From Octopus vulgaris (Eukaryota), in the NCBI GenBank assembly GCA_951406725.2, contig OX597832.1:17050001-17114000 (forward strand): a stretch of DNA of 64,000 nt, read 5' to 3'. A program made the position numbers and the translations under genes. Within the stretch, counting starts at the first letter, position 1. Each line of letters starts with the position of its first letter. This document shows positions 42,407 to 57,082 of this stretch, piece by piece. The notes below the pieces were generated by a model. The model ran no database searches. It was not told the origin of the DNA and saw only the letters and a program-made list of their open reading frames with translations.

Positions 42407-42703
42407 GGAGGCGCAATGGCCTAGTGGTTAGGGCAGCGGACTCGCGGTCGCAGGATCGCGGTTTCGATTCTCAGACCGGGCGTTGTGAGTGTTTATTGAG
42501 CGAAAACACCTAAAAGCTTCACGACGCTTCGGCAGGGGGTGGTGATCCCTGCTGTACTCTTTCACCGCTCTTTCTCCCACTCTTTCTTCTGTTGGCCTGC
42601 TCGCTTAGCCAGCGGGGTGGCATCATTCGAAGGCTAAAACAATGCGAACGCATTGTGACCAGCGATGTGTAACAACATCTGATGGTCTGGTCGGTCACGT
42701 GAA

Positions 42704-42710
<7 letters not shown>
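42407..42710 (+). mobile_element. tRNA-derived SINE family C, full length
   Basis: A box TGGCCTAGTGG, B box GGTTTCGATTC; three copies in the window. Confidence 0.92.
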
Positions 42711-42735
<25 letters not shown>

Positions 42736-42883
42736 TGCGCACGAATCCTACTTTTTTAATCGAGGGCTTATATACTCCAATATTTGACTATTTTATTTCG
42801 TCAATAGACAGCGTTCGCTTATGAGCTTTAGAGTTATAAAATATTATTATATTATTATTTACAGAATAAATATATATATATAT

Positions 42884-43013
42884 GTGTTAGTTTAACGCTC
42901 TGAAAGTGAGAAAGTTTTTTACGTTTTGAGCCTATGCTCTTCAACAGAAAGGAACACAGAAATAAACAGAGAGAGAAAATAAAAAAAGGTTTAGTGGCTA
43001 GCGATTTATCATG
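42884..43013 (-). mobile_element. HHR-bearing repeat family F, inverted copy
   Basis: Reverse complement of 41736-41875. Confidence 0.75.
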
Positions 43014-43305
43014 GCGAATATAGTACGTCAGTATGTTTTTGGATTGATGTGATTGTGATTTTTCTAAAGCACAACGCGGCGGGAAGAGCGTCATTGCCGT
43101 TGGATTATGAATTTTGCAGTGCTAGGGAAACAAACGAAGAAAAGAAAACAATACACGCATGGATATTAGCATTACTATTATCCCCATCAACATCAGCATC
43201 TTCATCATTTTTTCCATCTTTTTATACAGAATATCCGTATTTTATATTCGAATGTTTCCATCCATAGTTTATATTCTTACTCATTTTCGCATTCATATAT
43301 ACATA

Positions 43306-43470
43306 GGCGCAGGAGTGGCTGTGTGGTAAGTAGCTTGCTTACCAACCACAATGTTCCGGGTTCAGTCCCACTGCGTGGCATCTTGGGCAAGTGTCTTCTG
43401 CTATAGCCCCGGGCCGACCAATGCCTTGTGAGTGGATTTGGTAGACGGAAACTGAAAGAAGCCTGTCGTA

Positions 43471-43532
<62 letters not shown>

Positions 43533-43690
43533 TGTGTTTGTCCCAACCAACATCGCTTACTTAGCGGTTCGGCAAAAGAGACCGATAGAATAAGTACTGG
43601 GCTTACAAAGAATATGTCCCGGAGTCGATTTGCTCGACTAAAGGCGGTGCTCCAGCATGGCCACAGTCAAATGACTGAAACAAGTAAAAA
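43306..43690 (+). mobile_element. SINE family B
   Basis: tRNA-like head, internal (TA)(TG) microsatellite, conserved tail. Confidence 0.92.
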
Positions 43691-44689
43691 AAAAATTTCA
43701 ACACGTCATATTTTTTTTTATTTTTTAAGTATATTATATAAACAAGTTAATATACTTATATGACTTATATTTTGTTCTCAAGTAATAAATTTGTTAAAAA
43801 AAACATTGTTCAAATACGCCATTGCTGACAAAGCGCTGTGTGACGTTCATCCCTAAGGTTTTAGATTTTTTGCATACACAGAATATAGCTATTCATAAAG
43901 ATATTGTCCGCCAGTAAATTTTCGTAATTATGCGACTGTTATAATCGTGATATCAATAGCTACGCTTGTGGCATATATCAAACATTCACACACACGTATA
44001 TATTAATACATATATATATATTAACATAAATGTGTGCGTGTGCATATATTTATATATACACACACACACACACACACGCATATTACATATATGCACATAC
44101 GAATATGTATTCATATATATATACATACACACACACACGTATATATATACATATATAGAAAACATATATATATATATATATATATATATTCTGCAAATAA
44201 TAATATTTTATAAATCTAAAGCTCATAAGCGAATACTGTCTATTGACGAAAGAAAATGTCTAATATTGGAGCATATAAGCCCTTGACTAAAAAAGTAGGA
44301 TTCGTGCGCAATATATATATAAATTATTTTATTAATAAATATATGTATGTATACATGTACGTATGTAAGTATGTATGTATGTATGTGTGTATATATATAT
44401 ATATATAAATATATGTGTGTATAGTGTGCATATATATATATATGTATGATGTATATATACATATATGTGTGTATATGTATATATATATATGTGTATAATA
44501 TATATGTATATATATGTGTGTGTATATATGTATATATATATATACGTATATATATATATATGTATATATATATATGTATGTATATATATGTATATATATA
44601 TGTTTGTGAGTGTATATAATTGTATATATATGTGTATATATATATATATATGTATATATGTGCGTGTGTATTTATATTTATATTTTGAC

Positions 44690-45860
44690 TGAGTTGGTCC
44701 AGGGTGAAAGAAAGCCCGGAACCCCAGGCACCTGGTTTTTCGTTAGCCGACCACATTCCTCCCCCACCCTGGAAATGAAATTGATGGATCTCCCACTTTA
44801 ACAATATATAGACGATAAGCGGCGGGGAAGTGTGACGACCCTCTCGGGGAGACTTTGAACATCGATAAAAATGAACTTGCTAATGTTTTCTGGTGGACAT
44901 TCCAGTCGAGAACCACCATGAATAATTTCAGAATCCCTGCGTCTGACAGTGCTATCGGGATGTGAAACTGTTTCGAAATGTTACATTAAATGTGTGTCTC
45001 TGAGATAAGCGGAGAGCGACGAAACTATTCTTAAAGCAATCACTGAGTGTTCGAGCATTGTTGAGTGGTGGAGTTATGTCGAACAGCTATGATCTCGTGT
45101 AGAAAAGATCCATCTATCGGCTGAGTCCATAGAGATGATTGCCCTTCTGCCACTTTTTAATCGGACAGGTAAGGCGGCGAGCTGGCAGAAACGTTAGCAC
45201 GCCGGCTGAAATACGTAGTCGTATTTCGTCTTCCGTTACGTTCTGAGTTCAAATTCCGCCGAGGTCGACTTTGCCTTTCATCCTTTCGGGGTCGATAAAT
45301 TAAGTACCAGTTACGCACTGGGGCCGATATAATCGACTTAATCCGTTTATCTGTCCTTGTTTGTCCTCTCTGTGTTTAGCTCCCTGTGGGTAGTAAAGAA
45401 ATAGGTAATGCCTTCTTCCTCTGTCTGCGGCACTAATTTGACAGAGGCACTCCTCTTTTGCTGATCCCTCCTCGACTTTTTCACGATACACTTTAGAACT
45501 AAAATGAGGGTATAGAGAGAGGTGCTGTCCTTGAGCGAATTTTGAAAGAGTGAGAGGTGCCACTCAAAATATAGATAGGATTGAAAGTGAGAGGAATGGA
45601 ACTGGAGTGGGCACTTACCCTTGGAGTTAAGGGAGATATTCGAGGGTGTGCTTATTCGACTGTCCATAGACGCCCTCCTGTAACAGGAGGAGCACATCAT
45701 TATTACCTAATTGTTCCTGACGTATAATATATACGCTTACTTAGTCTTTAATGCATACAGTGTATACTTTCTACATTTCTTTCTAATCGTTTCATTCAAT
45801 AAAAAATATCTACACGTTGTCTATGCCCTACATTTGTTGCCCTGGTGGCAAATAAAATAA
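44690..45860 (+). mobile_element. Decayed L1/Tx1-clade LINE 3' fragment interrupted by a SINE
   Basis: ESDETILKAITECSSIVEWWSYVEQL (decayed zinc-knuckle region) and LDFFTIHFRTKMRV*REVLS; AATAAA at the end. Confidence 0.7.
45173..45402 (+). mobile_element. SINE family A, full length
   Basis: GGCGGCGAGCTGGCAGAAACG head through tail; flanked by AGGTAA direct repeats. Confidence 0.92.
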
Positions 45861-45869
45861 GTCATTATT

Positions 45870-46050
45870 ATTCTTTGATGAAAACTCTCAGCTTATTTCG
45901 TTGGGTATGGTGGAAAAATGTCAGCTGTCCACAGCCAGTAGACTGAGATGATACTTGTTTACTGGTCATGCTTCATGAGCCCTGCGAAGAATTTTTTTTC
46001 TTCCAGTTCTAAGCAATGCTGATTTTGTAGCTGTTCTATCCTTACATTGT
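45870..46050 (-). mobile_element. R4/Dong-type LINE extreme 3' remnant
   Basis: IEQLQ / KSALLRTGRK..LRRA (frameshifted), typical of a restriction-like-endonuclease LINE C-terminus. Confidence 0.5.
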
Positions 46051-46337
46051 TACCATTTATTTTGAGCCTTGTTGGTAGTTGAGAGCTGATACTTCAAAGC
46101 GCGACAATTACTATTGGCATCACATCTACTTTCCTTATTGACCACAGCCTTCTTCTTCTTCTTCTTCTTCTTCTTCTTCTTCTTCTTCTTCTTCTTCTTC
46201 TTCTTCTTCTTCTTCTTCTTCTTCTTCTTCTTCTTCTTCTTCTTCTTCTTCTTCTTCTTCTTCTTCTTCTTCTTCTTCTTCTTCTTCTTCTTCTTCTTCT
46301 TCGTCTTCTGCTTCTGCTTTTCCTTCTTCTTCTTCTT

Positions 46338-46368
<31 letters not shown>

Positions 46369-46389
46369 TTATTATTATTATTATTATTC

Positions 46390-46438
<49 letters not shown>

Positions 46439-46884
46439 TTATTAGGGGCAAGGTGGTGTGCTGAAACAATCTTTAGGGCATCGGAAAAATACAATGCGGT
46501 ATTTGTTCTCTCCCTTTACGCTCCGAATTCTAATATTGCCGAGGTCAACTTTGCATTTCATCTTTCGCGAGTCGATAAAACAAAAGAGCCAGTCAAGTCC
46601 TGGGTTCAATGATATCGAGTAACCTCCTTGCCTCAAAAATTGCTAACCTCGTGCCTTAATTAGAAACACTTATTAATTAGTAGAACGATCGATGTGCTGA
46701 ATCGGTATGATGCTTAGTTATAGAATTCAGTCTTGTAACTAAACTAATAAACTATGTCTTTCATTTTCCTAAGTTTGAAAAAAATTAAGTACCAGTTAAA
46801 GGCGCTTTCAATAACAGCTCCCTTAACTACTGATTTTGTTGTTGTGCTTATGCGAAACATTACTATTGTTGTTATTATTATTAC

Positions 46885-47099
<215 letters not shown>

Positions 47100-47191
47100 C
47101 TGGATTAGTGGAATCTTTAGATCAAGGGAATTTGATAAAGGCTGCAGCCCTTCGATCGACTTATTCGACTATTTCCTCCAAACTATTATTA

Positions 47192-47249
<58 letters not shown>

Positions 47250-47469
47250 GGAAGCGAACTAGCAGAATCGGTAGCACGCCGGGGAAAATGCTTTTCGGCA
47301 TTTCGTCCGTCTTTACTTCGTGAGTTCAGTTTCCGTCAAGTTCGAGTTTGCATTTCATCATTTAGGCGTCGATCAAATAAGTACCTGTTACACAATGGGG
47401 GCCGATGTAATCGACTAGCTCCCTATCTGTATTTATACAGTTTTCCGGAAGGGAAATATCATAAGGATG

Positions 47470-48620
47470 ACTGATGTTCCAATATAGGTATTGCTCTTTC
47501 CGACAATGCTTCGTTTTTAACTGTTATTGCAAATTTAGAGCAGCCAGCCACAACGTGGTGGACAGTTTAAATAAAATTGCTACATACAAAATAATCTGGG
47601 TCAGCCCCATTGTGGAGAACGTTTGTTTGGTAGTCTGCTGTGAGTAGAGATTTATCCTGGTCTGCCATTTTAAAACCCTGCTATTCTGCTAGTGTAGTGT
47701 TATTTCTTTATCTCTTGTTAACTTATTATGCTGATCCCGGAGCGGTTTGTCTTGCCATTTGTTTATAAGCTTTTACAGGCCTTCGTTTTCAGCTTTTTGC
47801 TTGTTGTGTTTTGCAGCTTCTACATTATCATTTATATTTCAGTTTAGTTCTCTTTTAGTTTAGTTCTGTGCCTCTTTTAACGACAGAATGTAGCGTTTTT
47901 TTTTTTTTTTTATCCCCTTCGTGCTGATTTAATTATGTGTATCATCGAATCATAGTAATTCTGGATCTATGAATTAATTCTATTACGGTGGTCGTGTCAG
48001 ACATTTCTAGCTGGATGAGGCCTCTGTCACCCTCTATTCGCGGAATGTAAATTCTATGAACATCATCTTTTGGGCGATGCATGTCATTTGATGTCCATTT
48101 GCTTTCGTTTTGATGCACTTCGTTGCAGCTAATTTATATTTCAGCTAATTATATTATAATTGTAAAGTACCACTGGGACAGCAAGTGAATTAATGGATCA
48201 ATTCCTATTATGGGAATTCAGTCCCGTTTACATAATCAGTCTTACACTCCGATAATATTCTTCTCTGATGATTTTTTCCTTCATGGCGTTGCATTGGATC
48301 CTTTTTCCTTTCATTTATTCCCAGAGATTTTTATGCTCCATTTTGACTCGTGTCTAAATCGCTGATAATAATGTTATCATTTAGCGTAATGGAAATGTGC
48401 TTCCCCTGTTTGAATGTTGCTTTGATGCACTTATCCGAGCCAAATTCCAGGTTGATATCGTCATTAACACTTTTCACATTTGCTAGTAATCCTCCAAATC
48501 CCTCTAGATCATTCATATTTTTTGCATATAGCTAGAGTTCATCCGTATAAAGCAGATGTGAGATGGCTCTATCACAAATTTTGTATCCATATTTTCTATG
48601 GTTCAATTCACGAGAAAGAC
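47470..48620 (-). mobile_element. R4/Dong-clade LINE fragment, copy 1
   Basis: HLLYTDEL*LYAKNMNDLEG..LLANVKSVNDDINLEFGSDKCIKATFKQGK (reverse-transcriptase motif region). Confidence 0.85.
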
Positions 48621-48624
48621 GTAT

Positions 48625-48860
48625 CTTTTAGCTTTTAGCTTTTGTTTCAGTCATTTGACTGCGGCCATGCTGGGGCACCATTTTGAAGGGTCTTAATCGA
48701 ACAAGTCAACTGCAGGACGTTTTTCCTAGGTCTAGTACTTATTCTATTGATCTCTTGCCGAACATCTAATTTACGGAGACGTAACAAGACTAGCACCAGT
48801 TACCAAGCGGTGATGAGAGACAAGCACAGACGCAAAGACGCACACAAGCACACACACACA
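48625..48860 (-). mobile_element. SINE family B 3' half
   Basis: TTGTTTCAGTCATTTGACTGCGGCCATGCTGG tail. Confidence 0.8.
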
Positions 48861-48869
48861 CATTCGTTT

Positions 48870-49925
48870 GGGGGCAGCACAGGACATCCCAAAACAAGAT
48901 GGTCTACTGTCAAATGTGTCGCAGAATCTGCATTTACGGTCAGAACCGTTTTGAAGAACGATAGCCTGGTAGTTTTTCTTGAGCAAGCTTTGATCTTGTA
49001 CCGCTAATATGAAACTTTCAGTCATTTCTTTGAGTCCTGAACTTCTCAACCACTGATAGGTTGTTGCTTAGTCTGCATCAGCATTTCGATTTCAAAGTAT
49101 ATACTGTCTACACAGAGGCTTCTGCCTCCATCGCTCCTCAATGTGTTTCCGTAAATTCTTTTTTGCAGTCTTCATGATCAATTTTGCTTGTTTTGTGGCT
49201 GTGGTTTCAGGATTAATGCCAAGTTCCCTTGCGAATTTGCAAGCTTCCTTGACAATAGAATGTTACTTTGCAGCTTTCGTATTTCCACACAAGCCGCAGC
49301 GTCCAGTATTCTCTACTAGATATTTACCTTTTCATTGCTATTGTGGAATTCTTTTAGCACACTCCTACATGCATCATTCCTCTTCCTCTATTATTTCTAG
49401 GTAGTTACAGACGACCCACGTCTGCTTTTCGGTGGTGCACGTTCTTAGATGTTAGTAGTTTTCTTGTCTTCCTGTCCATATCAGTTAATGATGTTAAGTG
49501 TATATTAGGTTACTGGCATTGCCAGTGTGTTAATGGCCTTGATGAAATTTTTCGAGTTGTGTTCAGTTTTTAGTATGAGTCTTGTTCTTATTTTTTCCTT
49601 CGTAGTAGCATGCTGTGTACTATCTCCTTCGTTTATCCCCAGGTATTCGTAACTGTCTTGTGGGTCAAGCTCCTTGATGGTAGTGTCGGTATCTAATTTA
49701 ATGGAGGCTGTTTGTCTGAGCTTGCCTCTTACAAATGTTGTTATGGTACATTTATCAAGGCCAAACGTCATCCTGATGCCATTGCTGAACCTTTTAACAG
49801 TTGTTAACAGCCTACTAGCTCTTTGTTACATCTAGCAAACAGGTTCAGATTGTCCATATTAACTAGATGGTTTATTATCATATTATAAACGTTGAAACCA
49901 AGCCTGGTGTTATTTAGTTGGTTTT
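48870..49925 (-). mobile_element. R4/Dong-clade LINE fragment, copy 2
   Basis: MTFGLDKC...YEYLGINEGD...IKAINTLAMPV and TESFILAVQDQSL..NYQ..GSDRKCRFC. Confidence 0.88.
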
Positions 49926-50412
49926 AGGCAGCACATAGGTTTTCCTTCGTGTTAGCAATGACAGAATGTTTCTGTGTGTTTCATTATGTCTAAAAACCAC
50001 TCAGATAATTTCTTGTATGATATTATCAGAAAATTTAATCAAAGGATTTGTGTCAAATTCTATGTGGCATATAACTGTCATGTATCTGGGAAAACTGCTT
50101 AGCTACATTTCATCCATTTATGCATTCGGAGTTCAAATTCCGCCGAGGTCGACTTTGCTTTTCATCTCTTCGGGGTCGATAAAATAAACTACCTGTTGAG
50201 TACTGGAGATCGATGTAACCGACTAGACCACTCCCTTAAAATTTCAGGCCTTGTGCCAATTGAATAAAAGATCTTTATTGTTATTATCATCACATATGGT
50301 TTAGCTGAATCGGTAGATCATCAGTCAAATTTATTTGCGATGTTTAACTACGTTTTTTAAGTTCATAGTTCGTATCCCACCAAGTACTCAGATTAATATA
50401 ATCGTCTACACC

Positions 50413-50471
<59 letters not shown>

Positions 50472-50474
<3 letters not shown>

Positions 50475-50783
50475 CCGTGATCACCGTGAATGACAAGGCT
50501 ATCAGATGCTGCTACACATCGCTGGTCACAATGCGCTTTGCATTGTTTTAACCTTCATATGACGCCACTTCACTGGCTAAGCGACCAGGCCAATAGAAGA
50601 AAGTGTGAGAGAAAGTTGTGGCGAAAGAGTACAGCAGGGATCGCCCCCCCCCCCACTGCCGGAGCCTCGTGGATCTTTAGGTGTTTTCGCTCAATAAACA
50701 CTCACAACGCCCAGTCTGGGAATCGAAACTGCGATCCTACAACCGCGAGTCCGCTGCCCTAATCACTGGGTCAATTCGCCTCC
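50472..50783 (-). mobile_element. SINE family C
   Basis: Homology to 42407-42710. Confidence 0.9.
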
Positions 50784-50793
50784 ACACACACAC

Positions 50794-50859
<66 letters not shown>

Positions 50860-51404
50860 TACGCTTATTTCTATTATTAAATCGTTGTTCTAAAACAGTG
50901 GTTTTGTCCATTATATATAATATAGGGATTTCGTTTGATAAAAATACTAACAAAACTACGAGATATGAAAGCCTGGAGAGAACGATAAGGAAAACGAAAG
51001 AGAAATGAAAAACACGGAAGGTGATAGGGGTTTTCAACAACAAAAAAAAAAGAAAAAGAAAGAAAAACATACAATTGTTATACAAATAATTCTGACCACT
51101 GTGATATCATTGCTAAATAGTCTTGAAGTCTCTAAGATATAGAGAAAATACCAGTCTCTCGCGGCGAAATGATTCAAATTCCGTTATCTAATTCCACTAA
51201 CTCAATTAAAACGACTTTGTTGTCTGCAGAAAAGATTAAACTTCGTTTCTTCTGAGTTTATTTGCCCCCAAACGTTGTAAATGTTACAGTTCATGTTGTT
51301 ATTGTTGTTGTTGTTGTTGTTGTTATTGTTGTTGATGTTGTTGTTGATGTTGTTAAGATTATGATTACATATTGGTCTTACTGATGATGATCACGATTCT
51401 ATTA

Positions 51405-51469
<65 letters not shown>

Positions 51470-51479
51470 GTTATTATTG

Positions 51480-51540
<61 letters not shown>

Positions 51541-51589
51541 CATTCTTCTTCTTATTATTATTTTTATTCTTCTGCTTCTTCTTCTTCTA

Positions 51590-51643
<54 letters not shown>

Positions 51644-51658
51644 ATTATTATTATTATA

Positions 51659-51690
<32 letters not shown>

Positions 51691-52457
51691 TATTATTATG
51701 ATTATTATTATTATTATCATTATTATTATTATTAATATTATTATTATTATTCTTCGCTTGTTGTTCTCGTTTTATTTATTTGTATTCTTTATTAAATATT
51801 ATCGCTGTTTTTGTTGTTCTTGACCACGTTGATGATGGTTTCTGATGATTTTTTTGTCGATGTTGTTCATAGTTTTGTTATCGTTCTCCGAGTAAAAATC
51901 TGAGGTCGATGTTGAAGATGGCGTGGCTATTATTAGTATTACTGTTTTGTTTCTGATAATGGTTTGGGAAAAACTTCAAATTGTTTGTTATATTTGCGAA
52001 ATTATCTTCTACCTACTTTATCAATAACGAACACAAACACACAAACACATACACACACACACACAAACAAACACACACACATATACAGACACACAGATGC
52101 GTACACAGGAGCACAAATAAATAAACAAACGCACACACACGCATAAACACAGACAAACATGTGTATATTCAGAAAAAAAATATGTACATTTTTATATCAA
52201 TATATATGACGATACGTACCCAGATATAACGTTAACGAGCAAAGAGAAAATCTCACGATAGCTAGTGTCATTAATTTATAAGATATACAAGGATTAATGT
52301 ATATCATGTATATAGGATCAACTCTGATAAATATGTATGTTCATACATACATACATATGCGTGTATGTGTGTGCGCGCGTGACAGTGAGAGTGTATGCAT
52401 ATATCAAGAGAGCATATATCAAATATACATACGTGCATACACATATGTATGTCTGTA

Positions 52458-52520
<63 letters not shown>

Positions 52521-52577
52521 GTGTGTGTGTATGTGTATATAGAGAGAGAGAACAGACAGACAGACAGACAGACAGAC

Positions 52578-52639
<62 letters not shown>

Positions 52640-52643
<4 letters not shown>

Positions 52644-52946
52644 GTTTCTTTATTGAACACACAGAGCTGCACACAGATGGGACAAATTACAAGGTAGAGC
52701 TTTTCTTTTGGGGGATGAAAAAAAAGTGGCGTAGGTTTTCGATCAAAAGGGATCGTAAAAGGGAAAAAAAGGAAAAAAGGAAAAGAAACAAAAGAAAAGA
52801 AAAAAGAATAGAGAAGAAAAAAGAGGAAAAAAGGGGAAAAGGAACAAAAACGATCAACAGGGATCGTGTATCACAGTGTCATGATGTACGGTGTAAAGGG
52901 AGAAGCAGATAAGGTTTATCTGTGGGAAGAAAAGCCTACGAAAAAG
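52640..52946 (-). mobile_element. Probable LINE 3'-UTR fragment inside a (TAGA)n tract
   Basis: Ends in AATAAAGAAACT on the minus strand; (TAGA)n on both sides. Confidence 0.5.
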
Positions 52947-53041
<95 letters not shown>

Positions 53042-53581
53042 CAGATAGATAGATATGAAACATCCATGGCTTCTTCTTTGTTGCAGCATTGAAATCTAAA
53101 TTTTGCTTACGGAAATAGCAAGTGAGTATCGCCTGAGGAGATACATATATATCTTCTTATACAGGTAAATCGTTAAATAAATTAATTTAAACTTTAGATC
53201 CTGTATGTAGGAGGTTCTGTATGTCTGAAAAAATTTGTAGCGATTAAGAAGCTGCCTAACCGTAATTACTCTTACTTTTCACTTTTTACTTTTTATTTTC
53301 ACACACGAGGAATACCTAAGACTAGAATTAGTAGTATACCATAAGAATACTACCGGCTATTTGGGAATTCTAAGAGTGAACGAGCTCTATTTGTACTCTT
53401 ATACATACTTAACAGAACAGACCTCAACTATATGTCCGACCGTCCCATAGGCCTCCCCTTTGAGAAACACTGATTTATTTAGAAATAAAGATACAGAAAA
53501 ACGATTTTACAAATGGACGTTCCCAGTGCTTTATCGATCGCATTCTCACCTGGAATCGATTTTTGTAATTTTTTTCAAGAC

Positions 53582-54858
53582 TTATACACAATGAGTACTG
53601 GCCGAATCCCATACTAAAAGACCATTTTCAAAACCACGTAGAACAATTGGCATCGTTAAATCAACCCATTTCCTTATAACAGCTTGTGTGTACCAAGCGT
53701 TTTCCATTTCAAGAACATAAATGCCCAGAGCTCGTCCTATTTTGCCTTTTGTGAAGATAAGTGATGGGACTTTTGTTCCATTAAGACGAATTGCTAAAAT
53801 ACAAGTAATTCTTTCACTTTTGCATCCCGGTGAGGCAACGTAGATTGACGAAGCACCTGTCTGTTCAATTGTCGTTTTAGATTCTTGGCCCATAAACACT
53901 GCAGTCTGATCCATGACAATTATATTGGAGAGATTGTATTTAGAAAAGTCGAAGCCATCAAGGAAGGACTTGAATGCAAGTGCACGTTGAATCACTTCAG
54001 CATCCTCCAGCTTGAACGGTGTTGTCAATCTTCTTAGAGAGAGGTCATATCGCCGAAGGAAGTTATCCAACCAATGTGCTGATGCATTGAATATATCTGG
54101 GGTTATATCAAACTGTGGTGCCATTGCAAGAGCACATTCTTGAATATCAGCCCTGCGTACAACCAAAGCTTTTGTTCTTCTGTCAGCGCAGGAGTGGCTG
54201 TGTGGTAAGTAGCTTGCTAACCAACCACATGGTTCCGAGTTCAGTCCCACTGCGTGGCATCTTGGGCAAGTGTCTTCTGCTATAGCCCCGGGCCGACCAA
54301 TGCCTTGTGAGTGGATTTGGTAGTCGGAAACTGAAAGAAGCATGTCGTATATATGTATATATATATATATATATGTGTGTTTGTGTGTCTGTGTTTGTCC
54401 CCCTAGCATTGCTTGACAACCGATGCTGGTGTGTTTACGTCCCCGTCACTTAGCGGTTCGGCAAAGAGACCGATAGAATAAGTACTGGGCTTACAAAAAT
54501 AAGTCCCGGGGTCGATTTGCTCGACTAAAGGCGGTGCTCCAGCATGGCTGCAGTCAAAATGACTGAAACAAGTAAAAGAATAAAAGAGTAAAAAGAGTAA
54601 ATCCATCCCGAGGTGATCTCTTCCAGCTCCGAAAATAACGGTTGCCGACCTGATCCACACTTGCGCTTCTTAGCACTTCCCTCATCCATCTGTCTGCTAA
54701 GATTATCGTATTCTGCTCGCAGTTTTCGAACATTTTGGAAGAGTCACATACTTGTTATTTGAATCTTCCACAATTATTTTCTTGTACTGCACGGAATACG
54801 TCTTTCTTTTAACACTGGGGGACAAGGTAGTCAAACTTAGGGAGTCAACTCCGTGCAT
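53582..54858 (-). pseudogene. pogo/Tigger-like transposase (CENP-B-type HTH plus N-terminal part of DDE_1), split by a SINE and 3'-truncated
   Basis: KRKTYSVQYK...GSGRQPLFSELEE..GWI [SINE] ADRR...FNASAHWLDNFLRRYDLSLRR...MDQTAV...ERITCILAI...LLVWDSASTH. Confidence 0.9.
54186..54599 (+). mobile_element. SINE family B, full length, inserted in the pogo transposase
   Basis: Near-identical to 43306-43690. Confidence 0.93.
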
Positions 54859-55744
54859 GCGCTTAGCGCAGATTTTAGCCAAGCTGCGGTACTTGATTTA
54901 TTTTGAAAAAAATTCACATGGTGTTGCAAACAACCTGATGCATTTTTGACTCGGTCTTATTATATATATATGTGTATGTGCGTGTGTGTGTGTGTGTGTG
55001 TGTACGTTTATATGGCAGACAGTTTTTTTGTTCAAGTTTTATCTTATTTTATTAAAGACTTACAAATGTTCCTTGGAGTTTTTTGCATTATTTTGGAAGG
55101 TTAAATTTCCTAAATCCATATTCACAGTTCCTTATCCATCATAATCACGTTTTCTAGAAATTAAATAGATTTGGCATCTGCTTTCCTTTTTTTATGTTAA
55201 CTTTTTTTCTCTCGCGTATATGTTTACTAAAAGCTCCCTAGAGATTCCATGTCAGCTGTGTCATTTTTTGTTGTTTTCGTATTTATATAACCTTTAACGG
55301 CTAAAGTTTATTACCATAGGCTTCCGTATAATTAGCCACCTGTATTGGTGTGTATACAATTTTCGTTTTTATTTTGTCGTGTTGTTTCAATACAAGTGTG
55401 GCTTACATTAGTAATCCTATATTTTAATGAGGAATTTTATATAGTATGTATTCCCCTGTTGTACTTTTCTTCGTAACTTTGTTTCATAGTATGTTTTGTT
55501 TTGCGATTGTTTCGTGTTACCAACGAACTGCTAGTATACGAGTATAGTGCACGGTGACTATAAGAGCTGGAGTCCTGAAGCTTACAAGTTTCAGTTTTAC
55601 GGAACTATATATAGATTTCGTTGGTAATTAGTAGCTTGTTCCCGGATTTACAAGATTATGGTGCGTTATTGATAATCGGAGAAGTACAAGTTGACAAGAA
55701 ATCATATATAAAATTTTATGAATAAAAATTATATCATGTAAAAA

Positions 55745-55887
55745 TGTAGGAGTGGCTGTCTGATAAGTAGCTTGTTTACGAGCCACATGGTACTGGGTTC
55801 AGTCCCACTGCGTAGCACGTTGGGAAAGTGTTTTCTACTATAGCCTTGTGGGTGGAATCGGTAGACGGAAACTGAAAAAAGACCGTC

Positions 55888-55937
<50 letters not shown>

Positions 55938-56170
55938 ATGTGTGTGTGTGCGCGCGCGCGCGTATAATTTTGTGTGTCTGTGTTTGTTCCCCCAACATCG
56001 CTTGACAACCGATTCTAGTACGTTTACGTCCCCGTAACTTAGAGGTTCGGCAAAAGAGACCGATAGAATAATTACTAGGTTTACAAAGGATGGATAAGTC
56101 CTGGGGAGTGATTTGCTCGACTAAAGGCGGTGCTCCAGCATGGCCACAGTTAAATGATTGACGCAAGTAA
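55745..56170 (+). mobile_element. SINE family B
   Basis: Homology to the other copies. Confidence 0.9.
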
Positions 56171-56639
56171 AGTGTATATATACACTTGGATGTGTGTGTG
56201 AGTAGAAGTGTGTGTGTGTGAGTATAAATTGTGTGTGTGTATGTGTGTGCATGTGTACATATGTTTTTACATATATCAGTTTAACCTCTAAGTGTGTTAT
56301 TTTAATTGGTAAAGTCATAGAAAAGCGACTGTGCTTGGAAAATCTTTATGATATTAGTAAATGAGAGTGGGTAGGGGAATCTGCGTGTATGTGCATACAA
56401 GCACACACGGGTATACCTATATGCATATATACAAGCACACACAGATATACATATATGCATATATGTACATATGTGCAATTGTGTGTATATATACTAATTG
56501 TAAACATGCAATTTCAAGGTTGAATAGGTAGGCAGGGAGATACACAATCTTACTGACACAAATGCAGACCGACACACTGACACACAGATAGATAGAGAGA
56601 GTGAGAGAGAGAGAGAGAGTGAGAGAGAGAGATTGACAA

Positions 56640-57043
56640 GCACACATATACATGCATACATACTTATATATTTACATACACAGAAACCTGCATGCAAGCC
56701 TGCATATACACAAATACATACACACATATATCCATACATACATATATACACAAAACACACACACATACATACATGCATACACACATTCATACATGCATAC
56801 ATACACACATACATATGTAAAGGCATACATGCATACATACATATATACATACATACATATATACATACATACATGCATACATAAATTACATACATACATA
56901 CGCACATACATACGTGCATACATACATGCATGCATAAATTACATACATGCATACATACATAGATATATACATACATACGTATATACATACATAGGTATAT
57001 ACATACATACATATATACATACATGCATACATGCATGCATAAA

Positions 57044-57082
<39 letters not shown>

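Noticed and set aside
42407-42480. Functional tRNA gene
   Set aside because: The tRNA-like head continues into a multi-copy SINE body and has no clean cloverleaf or terminator. The same applies to 39570-39645.
45167-45408. AGGTAA as a true target-site duplication
   Set aside because: It overlaps the SINE's own tail consensus (AAATAGGTA), so it may be only microhomology.
53582-54409. Intact 275-aa host gene or active transposase
   Set aside because: The N-terminus is antisense SINE, the native N-terminus is frameshifted, and the DDE domain is truncated.
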